A stretch of DNA of 63,207 nucleotides, counting the filler, from Collodictyon triciliatum (taxonomy: Eukaryota): NCBI GenBank assembly GCA_043381765.1. It is 15 parts of 15 records of this genome, joined end to end, with 100 filler letters (N's around TTAATTAATTAA, not from the genome) between each part and the next. Parts side by side here need not be neighbours in the genome. Positions count along the whole stretch, not along the records: positions 17,496 to 21,768 come from JBHJMP010006293.1; positions 21,869 to 26,141 come from JBHJMP010006294.1; positions 26,242 to 30,512 come from JBHJMP010006295.1; positions 30,613 to 34,882 come from JBHJMP010006296.1; 11 more parts are not named here. The stretch is one strand, 5' to 3'. A program made the translations under genes and the position numbers. This document shows positions 18,674 to 32,553 of the stretch, one piece after another; within the stretch, counting starts at the first letter, position 1; each line of letters starts with the position of its first letter. The notes under the pieces are model-generated. The model ran no database searches. It had not been told where the DNA came from and saw nothing but the letters and a program-made list of their open reading frames with translations.

Positions 18674-19921
18674 GAAATTCATACCTTCAATATACCCAGC
18701 TCGATGCGTTGAACGAGTCCATCCTTGTTCCGCTGAGGCACTCGCAGAGCAGCCTCATAAACGAAATGCGCCGAATCCACATCGCAAAGCGAACCCTGCG
18801 CAAGCTGATTGAAAAGCCCGAAGGCGAGCGCTCCCTGGTTCAGATGGGCAACGCACTGCACTTCGACAACCAAGTCCTTTATTCCAAATACGATACGCCA
18901 ATTGAGATTGCTCCCACTTACCTTTGTCTCGAGACTGGCGCGAACCCTTCTGGACGACCTCAAGAAGCTGAACGAGACATTCATATTTGGCCTGAGCACT
19001 GCTGGGCTAAAGCAGAAGGAGCAACGAAAGAAGAAGCCAAGATGGAAACAGAAGCGCTTCACTCGATCTCCGCCTCGCCTGCAAGCATTGAAGCTCCCAA
19101 CGCCTCGATTGACTCGTTGACTGGTGATGCCCGAATCGAGTGTCCGTGGGCGGTCTGCGTACATCCACTAAACGGTAACATCTATGCGACGGATAAAGAT
19201 TCGCAAAAAGTTCACATTTTTAGCAAAGACCTCAGCCATATTTCCTCCCACCACACCGGACTCGTCATCCCAAAGGCTTTTCACGGGCCAAGAGGAATCG
19301 CCATCTCCAACGACGGCCTCATTGCGGTTGCAGACTGTAAAGGCCACTCTGTGAAGCTCTTCACCGACCAGCTCACACTTGTCAAGACCGTCAGCGGGAA
19401 GAAGGGTAAGGGGAACGGCCAGTTCAATCCCCCATACTCGGTGGCTTTTGACAGTGTAGGAAACCCTTTATGTGGCCGACTCTGGGAACAAAAGGGTCCA
19501 GAAGTTCGACAAGAAGGGCACGTTTGTCTCTGTCATTGGAGATGCAAGCGAAAGCTGCGGCTCCATCAGCTCTCTTGTAAATGGCGTCTGCGTTAATGAA
19601 GAGGACAAACTCCTAGTTCTTTGCGCCGGCTCCGACAGAGTCCGCATCTTTTCAAAAGACGGTATTTTCGAAAAAGAAGTCAAGCTGGAAGTGCCAACAA
19701 GCGTCGAGGCCTGGTCGCATATATTCCGCGCCTCTCCTGGTGTCTTTGGTGTTTGCGAGAACAAGACCGGAACAGTCGCTTTCTACAACTACCAGGGTGC
19801 AGTTCAGCATCGCGTCCTCTTGGACGGCTGCCTGGGCGCCTGCTTCGGACTCGACGGCACTCTCTGTGCCACGAGTCTTTCGCAAAAGTCGGTCTCGGCC
19901 TTCTCTGCCAACCCCCAATAA
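18674..19921 (+). pseudogene. Frameshifted, 5'-truncated paralogue of the TRIM-NHL gene (coiled coil plus NHL beta-propeller)
   Basis: NHL repeats: PWAVCVHPLNGNIYATD, FHGPRGIAISNDGLIAVAD, GNGQFNPPYSVAFDSVGN(L)YVADSGNKRVQKFD. Single-base indels relative to the 8749-8995 copy occur at ~18694 and ~18916, with a further frameshift at ~19465. Confidence 0.8.
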
Positions 19922-20440
19922 CCTTTCCTTCATTTTCTTCCTTACTGATACAGCAACGACATTTACCAAAAAAAGAAGGGCTTTCCAATATGAATCAGAT
20001 GAATCCCAGACCAATCGAATAAAAGGATAAGCCAGCGAACTAGTCTTTGAAAATAACGGAAAGCTGAATCTTCTCTGCGTCGTTGGATTGCAAACCTGGA
20101 AAGTATAACAAAAAATTTTTAAATATGTTTAAATGAACAGAGCATAGCGCACAGTAGTGAGTTATAATGTCAGTTATTCTTAATATACTAATCAAACTTT
20201 CTATACAATTGTATCCCATGAATCGCAACTGGCACAACAAAATGATGGATTGTATGCAATGAAATCATTGCAGGTGTAATCAATGTTGTTTCTTTTTGTT
20301 TGTTTTTTACATCCAAATAGCACAACTTGGTTCAGGTTTACAGCGAGATTATAAATCTTATTTTTATTAGAATACGTTATATTGTTTGTGAAGCCCGTCT
20401 TATTTGCATATCTCGACATAACCCTGTCTTTTTTTCACTC

Positions 20441-20868
20441 CTTCCCTTTATTCGATTCAAAGTGTAAGGACGTTATGCCGTACAAAGAGGCGAGATAGGT
20501 GCGCATGGGAGAGAGCAAACGCGAGTAGGTGAAGACACAACTATGGATAGGCTAGTACCGGAAAGAAATCAGTGATAGCGAGTTGGTCAGGAGGGCGACC
20601 CAACTGATTGACTGTTTGCGTGGGTAGCAGGGGTTGGATATGCTGTGAGAGATATCGAACGACACATTCCCACATCTCTCTTCGCTTGCGGTCAGAGTAG
20701 CGAAGAATGCGAGCGTGTTTCAGCTGGCTGTTCAGGGAGCTGCATTGCACGATGCTTCCCAGCCTGGATACATTGATTTCTCGTTCGGGTGAATCATTAG
20801 GGCGAGAGAATACACGCACACTGCATAAGGACGCATCATATATCCCCTTGTTACTGCCCAGAGTATCC
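20441..20868 (-). mobile_element. 3' fragment of the non-LTR retrotransposon family
   Basis: Aligns by eye to ~11930-12350. Encodes RVFSRPNDSPEREINVSRL..HARILRYSDRKRREMWECVVRYL and ends in CCCTTTATTCGATTCAAAG (AATAAA on the element strand). Confidence 0.8.
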
Positions 20869-21868
20869 CTATAAATAAAGGTCGATGAATATGCACTCCT
20901 CTCGATGAGGTGGTTTAAAACAATTCCGTAAAAAAAAAGTGTAAGTCGTATACCGTTTGAAAGGATTGAGGCATTTTATTGATGGCTTTTATGCTAATGA
21001 ATGATATATTAAGATGTTTGAATATCGAATAGCATATAAACATAATAAAAAAACTGCTATTTAGTTCGATTTAACGGCGCAACAAGATTAGCAAAAAGTC
21101 ATTTCATCGCGTCCAATCGGTATGAGCAACGACGAAGTTGATTCCTGAAATTTGAGAGGAAAAAAGCGGCCGTAAAATGAGGAGCAAAACGAAGAGAAAA
21201 AAAGAGGGAAGCGAGGGAGAGAAAAAGCGTTCTCGCAAAACTCAAGAAGCAAAATGAATCGCCTGAAGAAAAGGAAAGGCAAACTAGTTAAATTGCGGGT
21301 TTGCTATAGATAAAGAAAGCAGAGGGAGGGATTCCTGCAAAGAGAAGAAAGGCTTCAAGACCAAGCGATCTGTGCAGGTAGCGGAAGAGAACAAGATACC
21401 ACTGAATACAGTGCTTAGCATGACTTGTTCTGCTTTATTTATCCGTTTCTTTGTTTTCATTTTTTTAATTTTTTTCTCCTACCGCTCCAACCCGGAGCTC
21501 GGGTACCACAAGCATACTTGAGAAGCAGATTACTAGAGAACCCCAGCCGCAGCCGAGAAACCGCCACAACATCATAACGTTAACGACATGATTGAATCCT
21601 TTTGTGGGAGAACCATAAACCTGACCAGAACAAAAAAAAAAAAGATGTGCCTGTACATTCCTCGCCGTTGCCAACCTCAGTCATTGTATAGAATGATTAA
21701 GCTTGTCAGGGGAAAAGGGCGGTGTGGTTAACTAATAGTACTCGCGTATCACATGATTATTTTACACGNNNNNNNNNNNNNNNNNNNNNNNNNNNNNNNN
21801 NNNNNNNNNNNNTTAATTAATTAANNNNNNNNNNNNNNNNNNNNNNNNNNNNNNNNNNNNNNNNNNNN

Positions 21869-21931
<63 letters not shown>

Positions 21932-22373
21932 AAAAGAGAAAAAAACAAAAAAACACACGAGAACAAAAAAACAAAACAAAAAAGAAAAACAAAAAAACAA
22001 TAATAACTTATAACAAAAGAATTAAAAAGTAAATAAAAAGTAAAAAAACAAAAAAGGAATAAAAATAAATGAAAGACAACAAAGCATACACTAATTAAGT
22101 GGAAGTCCAGACTTTATGTGATAAACAAAGCATTGTACTTCACGGGCTTACCGTACTAGAATATAATTTTTTGAGTGGAACATAATCGGACTACCGAGCG
22201 ACACACCTACGAACGGTAGTTTATAAGAAAAAGAGGTTGCTTAAAAGAAAAGGAATATTTTACCCATTTTCACTAGCACTAGCCTTATCGCATTAGTGGA
22301 CCGAATACTCACCATCGCGAGGACCCGGACGCATTGACATACAAACACTCATTATAAGATACAAACCTTGTTG

Positions 22374-25616
<3,243 letters not shown>

Positions 25617-26241
25617 TAAAGATTTGATTATAAAGCTTTATCTTGCAAATGGATGTAAACCAAACAAGAAAATAAATTCCAGAAGTAGATGCCTTTTTCT
25701 TCATCGCTGCGAGTTTGCAATAATCAGCAAGACCGGCCGGATCGTGTTGTGAAGGTTTTCGCTTGTGTGCGAGGCAAGAGAAGCAGCTGGAAAAGGTGTT
25801 TGCGAACGGGCAACTCGTAACCAAAGAGTCTTCGTCACTAGAAATGTCTTTCATTGCCCGCTCCGCCGAGTTCCTTGCCAAAAGCTGGCAATCACATCCT
25901 GAACTTGTCCTTTCCTGCGCCCTGGGCATCACAGGTTTTTCATCACAAAAAACAAAAACAAAAAACAAAAACAAAAAACAAAAACAAAAAACAAAACAAA
26001 AAAAAAAAAAAAAAAAAAAAAAAACAAAAAAAAAAAAAAAAAAAAAAAAAACAAAAAACAAAAAACAAAAAACAAAAAACAAAAAACAAAAAACAAAAAA
26101 CAAAAAACAAAAAACAAAAAACAAAAAACAAAAAACAAAAANNNNNNNNNNNNNNNNNNNNNNNNNNNNNNNNNNNNNNNNNNNNTTAATTAATTAANNN
26201 NNNNNNNNNNNNNNNNNNNNNNNNNNNNNNNNNNNNNNNNN

Positions 26242-26415
26242 ACATTCCCACATCTCTCTTCGCTTGCGGTCAGAGTAGCGAAGAATGCGGGCGTGTTTCA
26301 GCAGGCTGTTCAGGAAGCTGTATTGCACGAGGCTCTCAAGGCTGGATACATTGTTTTCTCGTTCGGGTGAATCATTAGAGCGAGAGAATGCACGCACACT
26401 CCATAAGGCCCACAG
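26242..26415 (-). mobile_element. Non-LTR retrotransposon fragment cut by the contig start
   Basis: Encodes RAFSRSNDSPERENNVSSLESLVQYSFLNSLLKHARILRYSDRKRREMWEC, the same family as the copies above. Confidence 0.8.
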
Positions 26416-26720
26416 AAATCGCTCATAATATATAGAAGTGAGTAATAATCATGGTAGTTATTTTTAATGCACATATTGGCATTTCTGAATGATTTTAATT
26501 CCTATGAGATACCTCTAACTCAACAAAACGGAGGTTTATGTGTGATGGAATCATTGCAAGTGTCATCAATATTTTTTTTCACGCCAAAATGGCACGACTT
26601 GGTTCAGGTTTGAAGCGAGTTGATAAATCTTTTTTTTTTTTATTATGCATTTTTTGTTTTTGTTTGTGAAGCCCATCTTATTTGCATATCTCGACACAAC
26701 CCTTCTTCTTTTTTTCACTA

Positions 26721-26992
26721 CTTCCCTTTATTCGATTCAAAGTGCAACAAGGTTATGCCATACAAGAGGCGAGATAGGTGCGCATGGTAGAGCAAACGTG
26801 AGTAGGAGACGCTACAGCGGATAGGCTAGTACTGGAAAATAATCAATGATAGCGAGTTGGTCAGGTGGGCGACCCAAGTGGTTGATTGGATGTGTAGGTG
26901 GCAGGGATTGGATGTGCTGTGGGAGATATTGCACGACACATTTCCACATCTCCCTTCGCTTGCGGTCAGAGTAGCTGGGACATGCGGGCTTG
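26721..26992 (-). mobile_element. 3'-terminal fragment of the non-LTR retrotransposon family
   Basis: Begins with CTTCCCTTTATTCGATTCAAAGTG and matches ~20441-20715. Confidence 0.8.
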
Positions 26993-28779
26993 CTTCCAGT
27001 TTTTGACTATCGGCGGGTCAATAATGCCTATAGTATCGGCTCATCGACTCATTTTCTACAGTATGTAAGGATTCGGACTGGTGATTTCATATCGAAACAG
27101 CTTGGAATATGGAATAGTCATCGAGAAATGTGGAGAGTCGAGTGTGTTTGGCCGTCTATGGTGTAAAAAAAAAAAAAAAGCAACTTAATACCTTCAGTCG
27201 TACAATGGAGAATCTTAACTGGTCTGCCTGGTCAAATGGGATGAACTCGTTGAAAAAAAAATGCATTTATCCCGCCATTTGCTCAATACCAATTTATTGG
27301 ATTTCACATCATAATCGATGCGAGTGTGCAGTTGTGTTGGAAATCCTTAAGATATTTTAGTGTTCACACGTGCGATACAATCCATTCGATTGCACCCAAA
27401 TTCATATTGATAAAAAATACCGATTGATAGAAAAAAAATAAGGCATAGAAAATTCAAGAGATATTCTTGGTAAATAATCCAAAACATGAAATGGGTGTAT
27501 AAAATGATAATTAATCGATAGATATTTACTTGTGCGCCGACATGTCCAAGTGATGTTAGTCCAAATAAAGGCTATCGAACCAAGGCAACGCTACCCATCC
27601 TGCACAAAGTAAAAGCAGCAATATATGATAATTAATTAGATATTGAAATACATTAATTGCAAAAAATTATTTACCATAACAATCACTACTAAATACCCGT
27701 TAAATTGGGAGGCATGCTGCTACCAACAGCACGAAAGGACAATGGCTGAATGAAAATACGCATTCACTTGTATGCATATATTTTAATGTCAGGTCGGAGC
27801 TAAACATTTACTACCAGGCAAGTTTTTTTTTAATTAAAAACAAGTATCAATTTGATTTGTTCAACTATTTTTTTCTTTTTCGACAGTCAGCCCCACCCCT
27901 CACAACACTTCTAAGTATCTATGTCCCTCATGCAGCCGCGTCGCTCTTTTTGTGTGTTCTGTCACGCGCATCCACTTAACAAATAAAAAGTATACAAGAC
28001 ACTCACAAAAATCCAGCACACTCACCTGCACAGTCCCCGCCTCATTCTTGTCGTGAGGTCTAACCGAACAGATATTTCTGAAGAACTTGCGAAGATCTGG
28101 TAGTTTCCCAAAATCCCTCTTTAAAAAGCTCCGCGATTATACAGCTACTCCAATTTAAATTAAAAAATAAAAAAGTTAACCTTAACACCAGCCAGGGTTT
28201 TCCCGTTGACAGATAAATGAAATACAACTTTGGAACAAGTTTTATTCTCGTAAGAATTATCATGTTTGACAAACTAAAACAATTTGGTGTCTAAAACAAC
28301 ACGATATATTTTCATTGATATTGGAATAAAAGGAGTCGTACAGTGATGTGCGCAGATGGAGAAGCTTACAACACAAATTCAAGCGCCCATAAATCTGAAG
28401 CTCTGGATGAAACACACTTGCAGAAAAGCCATAAGAAGGGCATCGTGTGGCATCTCATCACTTCCTTTCCGAAAAAAAACATGATATAATAGTTAGAAAC
28501 ACATACACGCTCTGCAACTCTATTACATGTAGGCACGTACATACGAGATGGTACACGGCCAACATACTCCCTTCAGGTCGATATCCCAGATTGAACCTGC
28601 AACAGTGAGAAACGCATAAAAACGAAGAATCAGCAAGTTAGTAAATTTTTTTGTCCTTCGCAATCCATTTCCTGACTACACTCCATGAAACATCTCACTC
28701 AAACGACCCATCACCTGTTACATGCCCCTCAGAAAAAACGCGGACTTATTGACCACAGACATTGAGAGAAAAATGAAAA

Positions 28780-29360
28780 ATATCTTGGACACGGCCGGGT
28801 TTGGGTTGGTCTTGAGGTGTAGTCGAAGGAGAGCCACTTTACCGCCAAGAAGGCTGAGTGATATATCTCTCTTTGCAGTTGCCAAAGGCTCTGGCCGAGA
28901 AAAAGGGCAGCATCATGTTCAGGCTGCAGCACCACCCAAACACCATGGCGTTCTACGACTTCGGATTCTGTGGCAACGACCTGCTCTTTCCATGGAGTCT
29001 GCAGATGTCGAAGAGCTCTGCTTGTTCATAAAAAATTACATGGCACTTAGACGACATCACTTCAAATATGGCATGCATACAATTCAAGGCCTTTTATACC
29101 TGCATTCGCATGGCCGAAGGTTCATCCAGCACCGTGGCCTCAAGATCTAAAACTTCCTGCTTGTGAGCGGTATTTCCGAGCTATCTGAAATCAACCTTGT
29201 AAAATTGGCGCGTTCATCAACTCTGTTAGTGGCTTCAAAGGCTCAAAGAACTGGTCGCCTCACGAGGCCTTTCGAGTTTGAAAAAGGTATTGGGTTGCCT
29301 AGTGATATCAACTCGTATGAGATGGTCTTCTGGTCTATCTTGAGTAAAGTATATTAGTAT
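28780..29360 (+). pseudogene. Heavily decayed protein kinase (TKL-like) relic
   Basis: Degenerate subdomains in order: GFGLVLRC (Gly loop), LQHHPN, QGLLYLHS, IQHRGLKI*NFLL (HRDLKxxN) and SDINSYEMVFW (SDVYSFG). Stops and frameshifts are present. Confidence 0.65.
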
Positions 29361-30612
29361 GAGCCATCAATATAGAATGAGGTCAGCACAAGAGTCACGG
29401 GCTGGTGAATTTCCTCCTCTCTCCCATCGCATCATGTCCTTCTTGACTCGCAGTTCTGAACCACAAACGCTGGGACAGATAGTACGAAGCTCGCATCAAT
29501 TCCCGACAGATCAAGGCTGAGTACAAAGAGCTTCACCACCATCAACCCGGTTGTAATCAAGGTCACCCCAAGAACAGGCTTTGTCAGCGTCGCGGATGCC
29601 GAAGAGTTTGTCACTTATCCCGAGGAGAAGTCCACTACGAAGTTGCGTCCAAATCTGCAAATACAAATGAGATAAGCAACTCGAGTTTGATATCCTCATC
29701 GACGGGCATGTGAGAGTTCTTATTAGAGTTCAAGATCTTCCTCGTGCAAGCTGAACTAATATTGGAGGAGACCAGACAGTCGTAAGCTCGGCATTTCAAA
29801 ACCATCTCTCATTTCATTTGTTATAATTTGCGAGTTTTGAGGCTTCTGCTCAGCCATTTGTTGATCTATGTCCTTATTGCCCATACATCCCTGACGCATA
29901 CGCAGCAAAATAGATTTCCCTGACAGAAACTCTGCAGCTTTGCTTCTTTGTTGATATAATAGTAAGTGGGAAGGCAAAATAAAAAAAACTTTCATAACGC
30001 GTAAATATGAACAGAAGCAGATTGAACTGAAGCAGAAGCATCCAAATAATTCCATAAATAGAAATGATCTAAATATACAAAAGCGGATATTATATAGTAT
30101 ATTTAATTTTTTTGGACATGATCATTCGATATATATATTCTGTTTCAATTATTTGATTGCATGTACCATTATTGATTATATTGTACCAATTTCACAGAAT
30201 TTCATTACATGTTCGGTATTCAGAATGCACACATTTATCACATGCGTTAATCAGAACAACCCATAAGTTCAAGGAATCGGGGCTACTGAATGCTATGATG
30301 ATAGTAAAAATAGCTAATGACCCGAAACAGAACAGCAACGTTGGTTAAAATGGCGCTAGTTATCTAAAAGGTGCTGTGTATTTTGTTCAGAATTTGGTCT
30401 ATTTCTTTGAATAGTTCAAGATTTGTGGCTAATTTATCACCCTAATTTGGAAAAGAAAAAACTTTCTTCGCATTGGTTCGTTTTTAATGAATGTTATGTT
30501 TTATTATCTTATNNNNNNNNNNNNNNNNNNNNNNNNNNNNNNNNNNNNNNNNNNNNTTAATTAATTAANNNNNNNNNNNNNNNNNNNNNNNNNNNNNNNN
30601 NNNNNNNNNNNN

Positions 30613-32010
30613 ATTTCAAATGCGATTTTCTCCCCAACCATACGTCCCACAGACACGCCAACCATATCTCGTTGATGTACACGCGAAGGCGCATCAGAAA
30701 ATATATTCACCAAAATTTCAAAAAAAAGTGTCATTTCTAACCCATATACATCCATGCAACACCCACAAGACAACACACCCACCCCAACATACTGCAGTAA
30801 CTATCACGAACGAAGTGAGTGTGCGTAATATGTGTTCATGACATTCCACAAGGCAAGAAATACTCTTAACATTGCTTTTCCATCCTGTCAACAAGCATGG
30901 TTGTCATTGCACAAGATATATTCCACATAAAGAAACAGCATCTCAAATGCGATTTTCTCCCCAAATACGCATCACACAGGCATGCAAACCATATCTCGTT
31001 GATGTACACCCTAAGGCGCATCAGAAAATATATTCACAAAAATTTCAAAAAAAAATGTCATTTTCACTCCATATACATACTGTATACTAGTCACTCACTA
31101 AACATACCTCAGAAATCATCATGAACGAAGTGAGGGTGCGTCACATCAATCAAAACCATTCATGAGGAAAGAAAATACCCACAACACTGCAATTCCACTT
31201 TGTCAACAAGCAGTAATGCAACTGCACAAGATATATTCCACATAAAGAAAATGTACATTCTAACCCGATTTTCTTCCCAACCACGCATCACACAGACACG
31301 CAAACCATATCTCGATGATGTACACACCAAGGCGCATCTGAAAACGTATTCACAAAAATTCCAAAAAAATATGTCATTTTCGCTTCATATACATGCTGTA
31401 TACGAATCACTCATCCAACATACTGCAGAAACTATCACGAACGAAGTGAGGGGGCGTTATATGTGTTCATGACATCCCACAAGACAAGAAATATTCTTAA
31501 CATTGCAATTCCATCATGCAATCAACAAGGGGTTTGATTGCACAAGAAATGTTCCACATAAAGAAACTGAACATTCAAATGCGATTTTCTCCCAAACCAT
31601 ACGTCTCACAGACACACAAACCATATCATGTTAATACAAACGCTGAGATGCATTAGACGATGTAATCAGAAGAACAAGAAACCACTTCTTTTCAGTCTTG
31701 AAAATCTCAACTTTTGGGTTAGAATTCTGTACATGCAGTAATATCTCCTTCACAAACATTGATGATAAATATGCAACCCCATCATCCTGTGTATTGTACG
31801 ACATGTACAATGTCCAAAAAAAACCATCCTCAAATCACCGTCACATCAGCCACGTCAACAAGGCTTGAAGTTGTAAACATTGAAAAACATATAGGAAAAT
31901 CAAACTTTAAACCCGATTTTCTCATTCACTATAAGGAATTGGTCATCAAGCAATAGCACATTGCTAGTCTACTTTTGAAAGAGCTATCAGAAAATATGTA
32001 TATGTCACAA
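30613..32010. repeat. Diverged tandem array of ~316-bp units (about 4 units, decaying toward the recombinase gene)
   Basis: CGAAGTGAG occurs at 30811, 31126 and 31442. TGCACAAGA(T/A)AT(A/G)TTCCACATAAAGAAA occurs at 30908, 31223 and 31539. CGATTTTCT occurs at ~30623, 30950, 31266, 31582 and 31914. Confidence 0.9.
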
Positions 32011-32553
32011 CCTCAAAAGTCACCCCCCACCCCCCTTCCATCAAAAAATGACTACAGGGGAAATTTTCAAACGCGTTTTTCTCGTGATCTGTCCGTTACT
32101 TTTTGATCATTCTTGATCCATCAGTGATCATTTTCAAGGGGCTATCCGGACATGTCAAAAGTTTTGAAATCCGATGATTATTCATTCCCCCCTTTTTTTC
32201 CATCACGTATAGAGGCCTGCAGCCAGTACAGCCCTTACCTATCCATATCCGGTGCGATGTGATCCACATTTGGGTTGGAGCGTGGATTCCGCATTTGGGT
32301 TGTGAACAACTCGACCCAAATGTACATAGCACAGGCCGAGATGATGGACCTATATAGGTGTAGCAAACCATTGTATTGTAAGAGGCTCAGCCTCACCGGA
32401 CATCTGCATATACGTATTCGCTCGAAGTATCATACCATATATATCCATGTGTACATAAATGAAATGCATATATACCCCATTGCCTAAACAAGCATGTTTA
32501 CTAACCCAAACCCCCCCCTAAATATCTCTCCTCTACCCTAACTCTAACCTCAG

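Noticed and set aside
30613-31650. CRISPR-like array or repeat-protein gene beside the recombinase
   Set aside because: The units are ~316 bp and homologous along their whole length, with no short repeats separated by unique spacers. The ORFs (MRFSPQ..) are short, broken and change frame between units.
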